A stretch of DNA of 64,000 nucleotides from the NCBI GenBank assembly GCA_026125285.1, contig JAHCLO010000012.1:85008-149007 (forward strand), read 5' to 3'. A program made the position numbers and the translations under genes. A model generated the notes under the pieces. That model saw nothing but the letters and a program-made list of their open reading frames with translations. It was not told the origin of the DNA and searched no databases. This DNA is from Verrucomicrobiia bacterium (GTDB lineage: Bacteria; Verrucomicrobiota; Verrucomicrobiia; Limisphaerales; JADLHS01). Shown here in pieces: positions 44,310 through 54,429 of the stretch (position 1 is the stretch's first letter; every line of letters starts with the position of its first letter).

Positions 44310-47084
44310 ATGCTGAGGAAACCAATTAACGCAAAGGCCCGGAATCTGGCGAGCGGAGTCTGCCTCTTGCTTGGATTTGCACTTTGGGCTCAACTGGATG
44401 ACGACACCGATCCGGGACTTGTGACGGCTCCAAAGATCGTTGAGCAGCCTGCAACGCAGACAGCGGCTTTTGGCGCGAATGTAACTTTCACCGTCGCCGC
44501 AACCGGAGACGATTTGCGCTTCCAATGGTTCAATGGGGAACACAGACTCGCAGACTATGACAACGTGGCCGGCGCCAGCACGGCTAGTCTCACACTGATA
44601 GGTGTGGCGCAGCGTGACGCTGGAAGTTATGCGGTCGTCATCCAGAATCCGCTCGGGGTGGTGACCAGTGCGGTAGCGACTTTACGAGTCAGTTCCACCG
44701 TCTTGTTCCTCGACGATTTCGAGTCGGGCACATTGTCCAATTGGACGGCGTTTTCGGAGGTGCGGGGTTTGACTTTTAAGCCCCGGCAAGACGACCCGTT
44801 GGCACATTTGGTTGCGATTAGCCGAGGTGGACTGGCAGCGGAAGCAACGCGGCTGACGACTTCTCCAACGCAGAACCGCTCGCCCGCCGGTTCTCACAGC
44901 GCCTTGGTTTCAAGTTCCCGGGACAAGATGTTTCACAACCTGGGAATGGAACTCGCGGGCCGAACGAAAGCCACCTTCTGGATTTACGATGATGGCAGCC
45001 AGCCACGCTGTTACGGCGAGTTGCGTGGGTATACCGGAGCGGGACATGGATTGTATCGTGAGCCGGGTGGGTTGAAACAGTCGCTGGCCATTGGGCGCTA
45101 TGGTGTCGGGTTCGGGGCAAACAACGGCACGGGGGTGGTGGCGGGTGAGGTAGTGGACGTAAACAAGTACCAGGGCAGGGTACTGCGCGGGAAGAACACC
45201 GGCTGGTTCAATCTAAACAACCCTGGCACTCCTGACCGTTCCGATGGCTGGCACAAATTTGAAATTGAACGGGAAGCGGATGGTACAACTGTCCACTTCT
45301 ACGTGGACGGCTTCTTGGGACGGACCATTACCGATGCGGACCATGTATTGTTGGATTGCGTTGTTATTGGCTCCGTCGGGGAAGGCACCGGTGTGGGCAA
45401 CGCTTGGTTCGACGACGTCACCGTCGAGGCTTTTCCCTGGCGCTTTGACTGGCAGCGCAAGGATTCCGTGGGTAAAGGCCTGCCCGACTGGATGCAGTTG
45501 CGGGAAACCGGGACGGACTCGCAACAGACCGATATCACGCAGATCAGCACCGTTTCGCAAAGGATGGGTGTCGGCTCCAGTAAAGCCATTGGACGGTGGA
45601 CCGCGGAGGAATCAGGGATCGTTGCTCTCGATATGCGAGGTGGCGTGGAATACGCACTTGATGCACCGGCGGATAACGCATACCGGATCGAGATCGAAGG
45701 CCGCGCGCGTAGTGGGAAGCACTCCGTCGCCCAACTGCCATTGATCATTGCGATTGATGGGGAGACACTCGGTAGATTGGTCTTGGCTTCCAGCGTCGAA
45801 ACCAATGGCGTTATTCACTGCTTCACGCCGTTCCTCCGTGCGGGGCCGCACACTGTCCGGGTTTATTGGGATAATGTGGAAAGTGATATTTCACTCTATT
45901 TGCACGCGATCCGCTTGCAGGCTTTGTCGGGAACGGACGCCAACGCCAACGGCGTAACCGACTGGGTTGAGAACCGCTTGATAAGTCAAAACGGGATTGA
46001 GTTGGCGTCAAGTCACAGTCTTGTCTCGCCCGTTTGTGTTGAGGGACGCGGCCAATACTTGAGCATGATGCAGGCTTGGGCGGGGCATTGGCCTGCGGCA
46101 ATGACGCCGGTGTCCGTCCAACCTGGCGCCGGCCACCGCTGGTACGCCGACGTTCCCCTTGCCCCAGGTGTGCCGACTCAATTGGTGCTGCACTACCAGA
46201 ACGGTGCCTTGGCTGAAACGCGCGAACTGGTCTGGAAAGAAACCAATCTGCTTGAAGCCGGCGATATGGCTGTACGGAAGGGGGATGCCTTGTTACTGAA
46301 CGCAGCACCGGAAGGGGTTTCCGAGGGCACAGTGACAATCACGGTTGTGGGCGTGACCAACTACACATCTGATCCAACCGTGCCGGTGATACATCGCTTT
46401 GATCAGGCCGGGGACTTTACCGTCACGGGCGCGTTCCTGGTGTCGGGCAGGTTAAGCGCGGCCAGCCGCAGCCGCAGCATCACTGTGAGAGTGGTTGAGG
46501 CGTCGTTTGGTGGTCCCGTGGCCACTTGGGCCGCGAAGGGGCGCTACTGGGATGTCTCGCAGTTGCCACCGGAGGTGGTGTTGGATTCGGACCCGCGCTT
46601 GCGAGTCGCAGCCGTCACCGAGCAGGAGGACCGTCTCCAACTCCCTCTCTCTTCACCCACCCCCAATGACCGCCAATACCGCCTTACGAACGACGCAGCA
46701 GAGGTGCGCCACGTTGTGGCGCGTTTGGGAGTGGATGGTCCAATCCTGGCGAGCACCCCCGTTGAAGGTTTCCGGCTGTTCAACTGTTACGACACCTACC
46801 TGAAATATGTTCATATCTACCCGGATGGCAGCCAGTTGGTTGAGGAAGCCCTTGTCCTCAGCCCGGTGCTTCCCAATGTCACTGTGCAAATCCACATCAT
46901 CGTCAGCGGTGTCGTGTTCGAAGACGGGACCGTGACGAAGACCTTGACCGCTGCTGATTTCGATGAATTGGGGATTTACCGGGTTCGCTACGTGCGCGCC
47001 GCCGGGGTCAAATCCAGTGTCTGTCATGTGACAAAGGCCTACCAAGGTGACGTGCTAATTGGCTGGCCTGCCTACGAAAAGTGA
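44310..47084 (+). CDS. Secreted protein with an Ig-like (I-set) domain and a LamG/ConA-like jelly-roll domain
   Basis: Signal peptide. Ig-like IVEQPATQTAAFGANVTFTVAATGDDLRFQWF...AGSYAVVIQNPLG. LamG-like FLDDFESGTLSNWT...WHKFEIEREADGTTVHFYVDG...AWFDDVTVE. Confidence 0.7.
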   Translation: MLRKPINAKARNLASGVCLLLGFALWAQLDDDTDPGLVTAPKIVEQPATQTAAFGANVTFTVAATGDDLRFQWFNGEHRLADYDNVAGASTASLTLIGVAQRDAGSYAVVIQNPLGVVTSAVATLRVSSTVLFLDDFESGTLSNWTAFSEVRGLTFKPRQDDPLAHLVAISRGGLAAEATRLTTSPTQNRSPAGSHSALVSSSRDKMFHNLGMELAGRTKATFWIYDDGSQPRCYGELRGYTGAGHGLYREPGGLKQSLAIGRYGVGFGANNGTGVVAGEVVDVNKYQGRVLRGKNTGWFNLNNPGTPDRSDGWHKFEIEREADGTTVHFYVDGFLGRTITDADHVLLDCVVIGSVGEGTGVGNAWFDDVTVEAFPWRFDWQRKDSVGKGLPDWMQLRETGTDSQQTDITQISTVSQRMGVGSSKAIGRWTAEESGIVALDMRGGVEYALDAPADNAYRIEIEGRARSGKHSVAQLPLIIAIDGETLGRLVLASSVETNGVIHCFTPFLRAGPHTVRVYWDNVESDISLYLHAIRLQALSGTDANANGVTDWVENRLISQNGIELASSHSLVSPVCVEGRGQYLSMMQAWAGHWPAAMTPVSVQPGAGHRWYADVPLAPGVPTQLVLHYQNGALAETRELVWKETNLLEAGDMAVRKGDALLLNAAPEGVSEGTVTITVVGVTNYTSDPTVPVIHRFDQAGDFTVTGAFLVSGRLSAASRSRSITVRVVEASFGGPVATWAAKGRYWDVSQLPPEVVLDSDPRLRVAAVTEQEDRLQLPLSSPTPNDRQYRLTNDAAEVRHVVARLGVDGPILASTPVEGFRLFNCYDTYLKYVHIYPDGSQLVEEALVLSPVLPNVTVQIHIIVSGVVFEDGTVTKTLTAADFDELGIYRVRYVRAAGVKSSVCHVTKAYQGDVLIGWPAYEK

Positions 47085-48052
47085 AAGGTGCGAGACTAAT
47101 CCTGTTGGGGCTCGGCACAACACTGTGCGGCTTAACGTTGGCTGCCGGCAGTGAAGCGTCCGTGGGGACGCCTGTATCCCCGAGGAGGGGCGTTGTCAGT
47201 GGAAAGTTTGCCGTCGAGTTTGCGCCGGTGGTCGGTAGGGAACTGTCCCCGGCGCGCGTTTCGGATGAATCGCTGGTGTTGGCCGTGAGAATGGAGTTGC
47301 GGGCGATAATCGGCGCGGCCGAAGCCAGCTTGGGCGAAAGGATTGAAGCTGTTCATGGTTTGGGCAGGGAATTGGCGCGCGACGAGATTGCGCTTCTCTT
47401 TATGTTTTTGAAAACGCCCCCAGCCCGTAAGGAGCAGGAACTTTCCGACCTGCCCGCGCTTAAGAACGACATTCTGAATGTCTTGCGAATGCAAAACTCG
47501 CCTCCGCCCGGCTTCACCGACACACTGATTTCCATCTGGAGCAATCCCGCACAGGACGTCGTGCTGCGCGACTATGCCCTGCAACACCTCTTCGTCTGGT
47601 ATGAGCAAGGCGCCTTGGATGCCGCTGATGCCAGGACGGAAATCGAGGACACCCTCTTTGGAGCGGCGTGCCAGTTCAACAGCCTGGCTGGTACGGCTCT
47701 CTTGGGCCTGCACCGGTTGTCGGCGGCTGATCCGGCCTTCAGCCACGGAGAGATCAACCGGCTCGCCCTGCGGCTGATTCAGTCGCCCGCCACGGATTTG
47801 GCCACCCGCATCACCGCGATCCAAATTTGTGCCGAGCGCGGCTTGAAGGAGGCGTTGCCAGCCATCGAAGCGGTTGCGCAAGCGTCGGATTGCGTTCCAT
47901 TGCGGCTTTCAGCCAGCGCCGCTACAACCCGCTTAAGTGGAGAGGAGCGAGACTGGCGCTTGGGACCGTGGACGGGCGGGCAGTTTATCGGCACGCCTGC
48001 CGGGCTTGCGGCAACGCTTGGCCCGGCGCCGCGGGACGGACCATACGAGTAA
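47081..48052 (+). CDS. Secreted HEAT/ARM-like repeat protein
   Basis: GTG start overlapping the preceding stop. Signal peptide MKGARLILLGLGTTLCGLTLAAG. Helical repeats (RIEAVHGLG..., RITAIQICAERGLKEALPAI...). Confidence 0.55.
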   Translation: MKGARLILLGLGTTLCGLTLAAGSEASVGTPVSPRRGVVSGKFAVEFAPVVGRELSPARVSDESLVLAVRMELRAIIGAAEASLGERIEAVHGLGRELARDEIALLFMFLKTPPARKEQELSDLPALKNDILNVLRMQNSPPPGFTDTLISIWSNPAQDVVLRDYALQHLFVWYEQGALDAADARTEIEDTLFGAACQFNSLAGTALLGLHRLSAADPAFSHGEINRLALRLIQSPATDLATRITAIQICAERGLKEALPAIEAVAQASDCVPLRLSASAATTRLSGEERDWRLGPWTGGQFIGTPAGLAATLGPAPRDGPYE

Positions 48053-48065
48053 CCGGAGATTGCGC

Positions 48066-50963
48066 ATGAAAAGGATTGTGGCAGGGTTGGGCGTGATGGC
48101 GTGTTTGAGTTTCAGCGGCGTGCGCGGGCAGAACATTGACAACCCGCCCATCCAGGGGGAGTGCCTCACCTGGCGGTGCGAAGTGGTGGACTGCCCCGAC
48201 GGGAGCATGACTTTCGGAGAGCTGGTCATCTGGCCGGAGTCGCCGCTGTGTTTGGGCACGACCATCTCCGCCTCCCCGAACATGGACGCGACCTGCGGCG
48301 AGGCGGTTGCGTTGGGTTATTGGGTGCCGTTCACCACCAATTGTCCTCCACCCGCTTTCTACACCAACGCGTGTTCGTATCCCGGTTCGGTCACCAACTG
48401 GTGGGTGGTGAATCATCCCGGTTTTTCCGCTTCCGGCGAAGGGTTGGGGGTGCAATTCACGCCGACCAACTGCGGTTCGGGGACCATTTCTTTCTACAAT
48501 GTCTGGACCAACGTCAGCCCCTGCGACGGGCATGGGGGCTATGGAGGCTGTGGGGGCGGGTTCATTGCGGTGAGCCGGGATTTTACGGTGCTGAACGTGG
48601 AGATCGCCGAGCCGCACAAGTTTACCTGTGCGTGCGAGACGGTCAGTTACACGCTCACCAACACGTGCGGCGAAGTGACCTGGGAGGTGTGGCCTGAGGA
48701 CCCGGGCGGGCCGCGCGCCGTCGGCAGTTCGATTGTCGCGGGCACCAATTGCGGGACGTGGACGGTGAGCGCGCGGTCGGTGGAGAATCCCAATTGCGCC
48801 GCCGCGGCGACCCTGACCGTGGTGACGGTGGCGGGGCTGTGGCCGGATGCCGGCACGCAGGTGGCCGAAGACCCGCCGACGTACGTGATTTGTCCCGTGC
48901 CGGCCAATGACCCGAATCCCTGGATCACCGTAACGGCTTCCTCGTGTCCCGGGCTGGAAGAAACCAACCTGCCGGCCTGCTGGGAGTTGAGCGGCGGGGT
49001 GGGCGCGGGGCGGTTGGAGCGGAAGGTGGATCGCCGGCAGTTGGGCACGACCACCATTACCGCCACGGCGGGTTGCTCCAGTCAGACCGTGATGATCAGG
49101 GTGGAGGACACCGAAGCGCCCGTGATCTCCTGTCCGGGAGACTTTGGCGTTTGCACGGATGCAGGCCAATGTTATGCGACGGTGGATTTGAACGCTTACG
49201 TGTCGGCGAGCGACAACTGCGGGCCGGTGACAGTTACCTTTTCGCCCGCGGGCCCGCAGTTTGCCAAAGGCACGACCCCCGTGACGGCCACGGCCACGGA
49301 CCTGGCGGGCAACACCGCCCAGTGTACCTTCAGTGTGACCGTGGAGGATTGCGAACCGCCGACGATTCAATGTCCTGGCAACGTGACGACCACCAATGAT
49401 CCTGGCCAGTGTTACGCGACCGGAGTGGCGTTGGGCACGCCGGTCACCTGGGACAACTGCGGGGTGGCGTCGGTTTTCAACAATGCGCCGGCGCAGTTTC
49501 CCGTAGGGACGACCCTGGTCACCTGGACCGTGCGCGATACGGAAGGCTTTACCGCCACTTGCGTGCAGGTGGTGCAGGTCAACGACACGGAACCGCCGGG
49601 GATCACGTGTGCGTCCAACCTCGTGGTGTGCGCGAGCGCCTCCGGCAGCAACATCGTTACCTGGCCGACGCCGGTGGCCACGGATAATTGCTCGGTGGCC
49701 AGCGTGACCTGCGACCCGCCGTCGGGATCGTGGTTCGCCATTGGCGTCAGCGAGGTAACCTGCACGGCGGTTGACGCATCGGGAAACTCGAACAGTTGCA
49801 CGTTTACGGTGAGCGTGGTCAAATTGGACGTGACCAACATCAAGTTCAATCACGACACCAGTTCGTCCGTGTCGGATGCTATCAACCTCCGGCAGGATTT
49901 CGCCACGCCCTATGATATTTCCAACGGAGAATGGATCCAGGGCGGAGCAAACCTCCCGGTCTGCTACACGGCGAGCAAAGCGGTGACGATCCGAGTGCGG
50001 CTGACGGTCCAGCCGGCGAGTGTGACCAGTGCCGATGTGTGGGCGGCTTCAACCGATCTGGACGGCTCATTGGGAGACATTGTCAATACAACCGTCACGT
50101 TCGCTAGCGGGGTGTCCAGCCCTGAATACGTGACGTTCACTGTCTCTGGTAACACCCCGGCTACCATCAAGAAGACCGCCACCGACGTGTGGCAGTGGAA
50201 GATGGAAAACCTCAATGGAACCGGTTCTTCGGCGTGCGATCTGAATACCTCAGGCCCGCACACGGTTTACACAATCCTCGCAGACCCGGTTGCGCCTTGG
50301 GATAACACAGCAGGCAGTCATTACAATGCATGGTCGAGCGCCCTTGAAGTTGTATGCGACGTAACGCCGTGGGCAGGCGGAACCGCTACCATGGAGACAG
50401 CCGCTACGCGCATTGTTGAAAGCATATATGGTTCAGGTCGGTTCAGCTACGATACTACCTATGGTGCTGCCCATTATCTTGCGGCAGGAAACGTCGTTGA
50501 ATTCACAGAATGCCTTGACAGGCTTGGGGGAGGCATAGGTTTAGGGAGCTTGATAAACTGTACGGACTGCGCCAATTTCGTAACTGCTTTTGTGAACCTA
50601 ATTGGAGGTGGCTTGTACAGTTCAAGAATGGGATTCAACTTCCTTACGAATCCGTATAGCGCAATTGGCAGAGCAAGTTGGACTCCACCCTCATGGGGTT
50701 GGGGGTTCAGTTACCACGAAGTTGGCTGGACTGCTGCTTGCGGCGACTCGGATACGGTGTTTGATGCGTGTCTGAAAGTCGATGGCGACGGGGACCCAAG
50801 CGCACCACCAAGATCAGAAAGAACCCCTGCCAACATGATCTTCAGCGATGGTGACCAAAATGCACCTTACGTGTATCGAGAGAGTCTGGCGTCACCCGGA
50901 GCGCCGGGATACGGTAGCTGTGTTTCACAACCGGCCACAAGAGTCCGCCGCATGATCCGATAA
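48066..50963 (+). CDS. Secreted protein with three HYR domains and a C-terminal domain carrying Cys-His-Asp motifs in transglutaminase/papain-like order (cassette A, full length)
   Basis: Signal peptide MKRIVAGLGVMACLSFSGVRG. HYR pattern three times (DTEAPVISCPGD...CYATV...ASDNCGPV...GTTPVTATATDLAGNTAQCTFSVTVED and so on). C-terminal motifs INCTDCANFVTAFVNLIGG, FSYHEVGW, VFDACL. ATG at 48066 within ORF 47937..50963. Confidence 0.8.
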   Translation: MKRIVAGLGVMACLSFSGVRGQNIDNPPIQGECLTWRCEVVDCPDGSMTFGELVIWPESPLCLGTTISASPNMDATCGEAVALGYWVPFTTNCPPPAFYTNACSYPGSVTNWWVVNHPGFSASGEGLGVQFTPTNCGSGTISFYNVWTNVSPCDGHGGYGGCGGGFIAVSRDFTVLNVEIAEPHKFTCACETVSYTLTNTCGEVTWEVWPEDPGGPRAVGSSIVAGTNCGTWTVSARSVENPNCAAAATLTVVTVAGLWPDAGTQVAEDPPTYVICPVPANDPNPWITVTASSCPGLEETNLPACWELSGGVGAGRLERKVDRRQLGTTTITATAGCSSQTVMIRVEDTEAPVISCPGDFGVCTDAGQCYATVDLNAYVSASDNCGPVTVTFSPAGPQFAKGTTPVTATATDLAGNTAQCTFSVTVEDCEPPTIQCPGNVTTTNDPGQCYATGVALGTPVTWDNCGVASVFNNAPAQFPVGTTLVTWTVRDTEGFTATCVQVVQVNDTEPPGITCASNLVVCASASGSNIVTWPTPVATDNCSVASVTCDPPSGSWFAIGVSEVTCTAVDASGNSNSCTFTVSVVKLDVTNIKFNHDTSSSVSDAINLRQDFATPYDISNGEWIQGGANLPVCYTASKAVTIRVRLTVQPASVTSADVWAASTDLDGSLGDIVNTTVTFASGVSSPEYVTFTVSGNTPATIKKTATDVWQWKMENLNGTGSSACDLNTSGPHTVYTILADPVAPWDNTAGSHYNAWSSALEVVCDVTPWAGGTATMETAATRIVESIYGSGRFSYDTTYGAAHYLAAGNVVEFTECLDRLGGGIGLGSLINCTDCANFVTAFVNLIGGGLYSSRMGFNFLTNPYSAIGRASWTPPSWGWGFSYHEVGWTAACGDSDTVFDACLKVDGDGDPSAPPRSERTPANMIFSDGDQNAPYVYRESLASPGAPGYGSCVSQPATRVRRMIR

Positions 50964-51003
50964 TTGGATGAAGTTTGAGCGCAACTGACACCTTTTCACA
51001 ATT

Positions 51004-51570
51004 ATGAAACCGAAGTTACAAACAGTACCATTAATTGCCCTTGTGCTTGCGGCAGCTATGATGCCGCATGCATTTATGGCACAGGAGGCAAACACACCGC
51101 TCGAAACAACAAAAGTGGTATACGCCTTCACCAATTGGGTTGGGCAGACACGCTCCGGCTACCTGAGCAGTGTTATCAACTGGACCCCTGATTTTGCGGC
51201 CACTGGATTTACGAACGTAATCGCGAAAATGAAACCAGATAAGCAAACAGTGTATATGTTGCATCGGGAGGCGGCAGATTCTGTGACGGTGCGGGTTGTT
51301 GAGTGTGATACTGTACGCTCGGCGCATGAGGGGCTTGTCGAATTGCTCTCCAATTGTTCCGCCCCGCAGCCACTCCCCGATGGAAAGCTCGCAGGCCTTG
51401 ACATCGGAGATAAGTGCTATGTTGGTTACCCAACCAATGCCCCACTCGGAGTTCTCTTTGTCAGGAACAACCTGCTCATTCGCATTGACACCGTACAATC
51501 AAACATCAACATTCCAAGCATCGCCAGAGCCTTGGATAATCAAGTGAAAACACGCTCCGGGCAACGTTGA
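51004..51570 (+). CDS. Small secreted protein (188 aa), unknown function, partner of cassette A
   Basis: Signal peptide MKPKLQTVPLIALVLAAAMMPHAFMAQ. Starts 41 nt after the cassette A stop. Visibly lower GC than its surroundings. Confidence 0.6.
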   Translation: MKPKLQTVPLIALVLAAAMMPHAFMAQEANTPLETTKVVYAFTNWVGQTRSGYLSSVINWTPDFAATGFTNVIAKMKPDKQTVYMLHREAADSVTVRVVECDTVRSAHEGLVELLSNCSAPQPLPDGKLAGLDIGDKCYVGYPTNAPLGVLFVRNNLLIRIDTVQSNINIPSIARALDNQVKTRSGQR

Positions 51571-51640
51571 GGGTTAAAGGAAATGCCTCTCTGGAATGTC
51601 ACGTTCATGAGAGATCAGAGCGCCAATAGCCTTCCCGCGA

Positions 51641-53650
51641 TTGATTGCGGCGCAGCCGGGGCCAGCTGCTGGCCCGCTGGTGGATCGCCGGCAGTTGGGC
51701 ACGAGCACCATTACCGCCACGGCGGGTTGCTCCAGTCAGACCGTGATGATCAGGGTGGAGGACACCGAAGCGCCCGTGATCTCCTGTCCGGGAGACTTTG
51801 GCGCTTGCACAGATGCAGGCCAATGTTATGCGACGGTGGATTTGAACGCTTACGTGTCGGCGAGCGACAACTGCGGGCCGGTGACAGTTACCTTTTCGCC
51901 CCCGGGCCAGCAGTTTGCCAAAGGCACGACCCCCGTGACGGTCACCGCCACGGACCTGGCGGGCAACACAGCCCAGTGTACCTTCAACGTGATCGTGGAG
52001 GATTGCGAACCGCCGACGATTCAATGTCCTGGCAACGTGACGACCACCAATGATCCTGGCCAATGTTACGCGACCGGAGTGGCCTTGGGCACGCCGGCCA
52101 CCTGGGACAACTGCGGGGTGGCGTCGGTTTTCAACAATGCGCCGGCGCAATTTCCCGTGGGCACCACCCTGGTCACCTGGACCGTGCGCGATACGGAAGG
52201 CTTTACCGCCACGTGCGTGCAGGTGGTGCAGGTCAACGACACGGAACCGCCGGGGATCACGTGTGCGTCCAACCTCGTGGTGTGCGCGAGCGTCTCCGGC
52301 AGCAACATCGTTACCTGGCCGACGCCGGTGGCGACGGATAATTGCGCGGTGACCAGCGTGACCTGCGACCCGCCGTCGGGATCGTGGTTCGCCATTGGTG
52401 TCAGCAACGTAACCTGCACGGCCGTTGACGCGTCGGGAAACTCGAACAGTTGCACGTTTACGGTATCTGTAATCAAGGTGACTCTGAGCAACGTGACATT
52501 TTCCGGCACGAATTACCATCCGGTGCTGCAGGATGATGGAAGCGGTGCGTATCCCGCGCCGCACTGGACGACGAACACCAGTTGGCCAGTCTGCTACACG
52601 CGGAACACGCATATGGGGGTAAGCGCCGTGTTTCTCGTTGAGCCGCCAAGCTGGTCCGGCCCGGTGGTGGTGCATGGGGACAGCAGCGGGCCGAAACTGC
52701 CGGCAACGACCAACACGGCTTCCGGCGGGACGCTGACGGTGGGGCCAATCACGTCCACCAACGCGTTTGCCAACCAGGTGGATTTCTTGAATCCGATGAG
52801 CATCAACTGGTCGTACTCGCTGGATTCCGGCGCAAACTGGTGCGACGCAGGCATCAGCACCAATCTGGTGTATGTGACTTGGACCAATAGCTTGAACACA
52901 ATTCACACCCTGCTTGATGTTGGGTGTCGGGCCGCCCAAGGGGCTATCGGGATCGTCGGTGCGAACGATGATCGAGTGCTTGATGCAGTCTGGGCGGAGA
53001 TTCAAACCCTGTCCATACGCAGAGCCTCTGACAATGTCATGCTCACGTATTACGGCTTTTATGATGTGAACACGAATGGTGCATGGGATCCTGGTACGGA
53101 CGTCAATCGTAACACTCCAGACCTTTGCATTGTGACGGATGCTGCAAACTTGATTAGTGCGGGCAATGGGCAGTGTCGTTCCTGGGCCGATTTCATGCTC
53201 CAAGCTCTGCGGGCGCAAGGGCTGGCTACTGTAAACGGTGGTCCTGTGGCGCTTCAGGCAGTGGTCATCAAGTCACCCTACGTGGCGTTTGCCGTTCAGA
53301 ACTGGGCAACCACTGGTAGTTCCCCACGCACGGTCATATCTCTTGATGCAGGTGTAGACGGGGCAACTCCAGCAGTACCTAATCCTTCATCCGACGAGGC
53401 TGCAGATTCTCTAGGTGCGGCTGGACAAGGCAATTCCCCCAATCCGCCATCTAACTTCTACAATCATTGGATTGTAAGGCGAGGACAAACTTATTACGAC
53501 CCGAGCTACGCCTTAGGTCCTTTTACCGACCGCAAGGTGTACGAAGAAGCGGCATTTGCTGGCAGGCACCGCTTCCGCTTGCTCTATGATTCGCCGGCTA
53601 ACGATGGAGATCCGGACAACCACTCTGACGAAATCAACAACTATCCGTAA
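51641..53650 (+). CDS. 5'-truncated HYR-domain paralog with a divergent Cys-His-Asp C-terminal domain (cassette B); no signal peptide
   Basis: 51679-52464 duplicates 49025-49810 (786 bp, no indels, about 28 substitutions by manual alignment). The sequence then diverges. C-terminal motifs GNGQCRSWADFMLQALRAQGL, FYNHWIV, TYYDPSY. It has only a TTG start and no secretion signal. Confidence 0.6.
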   Translation: MIAAQPGPAAGPLVDRRQLGTSTITATAGCSSQTVMIRVEDTEAPVISCPGDFGACTDAGQCYATVDLNAYVSASDNCGPVTVTFSPPGQQFAKGTTPVTVTATDLAGNTAQCTFNVIVEDCEPPTIQCPGNVTTTNDPGQCYATGVALGTPATWDNCGVASVFNNAPAQFPVGTTLVTWTVRDTEGFTATCVQVVQVNDTEPPGITCASNLVVCASVSGSNIVTWPTPVATDNCAVTSVTCDPPSGSWFAIGVSNVTCTAVDASGNSNSCTFTVSVIKVTLSNVTFSGTNYHPVLQDDGSGAYPAPHWTTNTSWPVCYTRNTHMGVSAVFLVEPPSWSGPVVVHGDSSGPKLPATTNTASGGTLTVGPITSTNAFANQVDFLNPMSINWSYSLDSGANWCDAGISTNLVYVTWTNSLNTIHTLLDVGCRAAQGAIGIVGANDDRVLDAVWAEIQTLSIRRASDNVMLTYYGFYDVNTNGAWDPGTDVNRNTPDLCIVTDAANLISAGNGQCRSWADFMLQALRAQGLATVNGGPVALQAVVIKSPYVAFAVQNWATTGSSPRTVISLDAGVDGATPAVPNPSSDEAADSLGAAGQGNSPNPPSNFYNHWIVRRGQTYYDPSYALGPFTDRKVYEEAAFAGRHRFRLLYDSPANDGDPDNHSDEINNYP

Positions 53651-54429
53651 TGTGTGCCAGTAATATTGTTATGAAAATCAGCCTTTACGTCTTGTTTTTT
53701 GTTTTGAGCCAGATATTGCTGCCCTACGCCGAGGCGCAGGTTTCCACAAATGTCCCGGCGCCATCCCCACGCCAATTACACCTGCAAGCTATCCAAGCAT
53801 ACAGGACACTTCTGGCGGAGAGAGACTTCAACAAACTTCAGACGATGGCGGCGCAGTTGAAATTGCAGAGCACAGAACCTTGGTTTGAGTCCGCGTTAAT
53901 GATACTGGTGGAGGGAATCAGGTCCGACCGCGGGGTTGAGTTAACAAACGGTGTTGACATTGTCGTGCCCAGCCGGGTCCGGGCAGGAATGATGGAAGCA
54001 GGTGGTGGCACCATCGTGAGGCAAGATGTTTTTACGGAAGGTGGGCGTGCCGCATGGGTGTTGGAGCGGCTGCTGGTTGTTGATTTGCCGGAGGTTTCGT
54101 CTGGTATGTCAGCCGACACAAAGGAGGATGCCGTTTTGGATGCTTTTTTCCTTGTGAAAGAGTTCCTGCTGCCAAGCGAAAGAAAGACCGACCTTTCCAA
54201 GCTTTCTGATTCCGATAAGCTGACTCTTGCAGCGGCAGGCGAAGCATCCGAGAGCGCATTGGCTATGCTTTCAAAGGAGACAAACGTTGACATCAGAAAG
54301 GCCGTTGCGAAGCATAGTAATACTCCCGTGCAAGTCTTGGCACGGTTGGCATACCGCGACCAGAGCGCTGAAGTCCGAGATCTTGCGGAATCGAATTTGG
54401 CGAAAGCTCGTATGCTACCAAAGCATTAG
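53650..54429 (+). CDS. Small secreted HEAT/LRV-like repeat protein (259 aa), partner of cassette B
   Basis: ATG overlaps the cassette B stop (TAATG). Signal peptide ISLYVLFFVLSQILLPYAEA. C-terminal DIRKAVAKHSNTPVQVLARLAYRDQSAEVRDLAESN resembles LRV/HEAT repeats. Lower GC. Confidence 0.6.
   Translation: MCASNIVMKISLYVLFFVLSQILLPYAEAQVSTNVPAPSPRQLHLQAIQAYRTLLAERDFNKLQTMAAQLKLQSTEPWFESALMILVEGIRSDRGVELTNGVDIVVPSRVRAGMMEAGGGTIVRQDVFTEGGRAAWVLERLLVVDLPEVSSGMSADTKEDAVLDAFFLVKEFLLPSERKTDLSKLSDSDKLTLAAAGEASESALAMLSKETNVDIRKAVAKHSNTPVQVLARLAYRDQSAEVRDLAESNLAKARMLPKH

Noticed and set aside
49025-52464. Diversity-generating retroelement (template/variable repeat) as an explanation for the duplicated HYR segment.
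   Set aside because: The roughly 28 differences are of all substitution types rather than adenine-specific, they are spread evenly, and no reverse transcriptase gene is present in the window.
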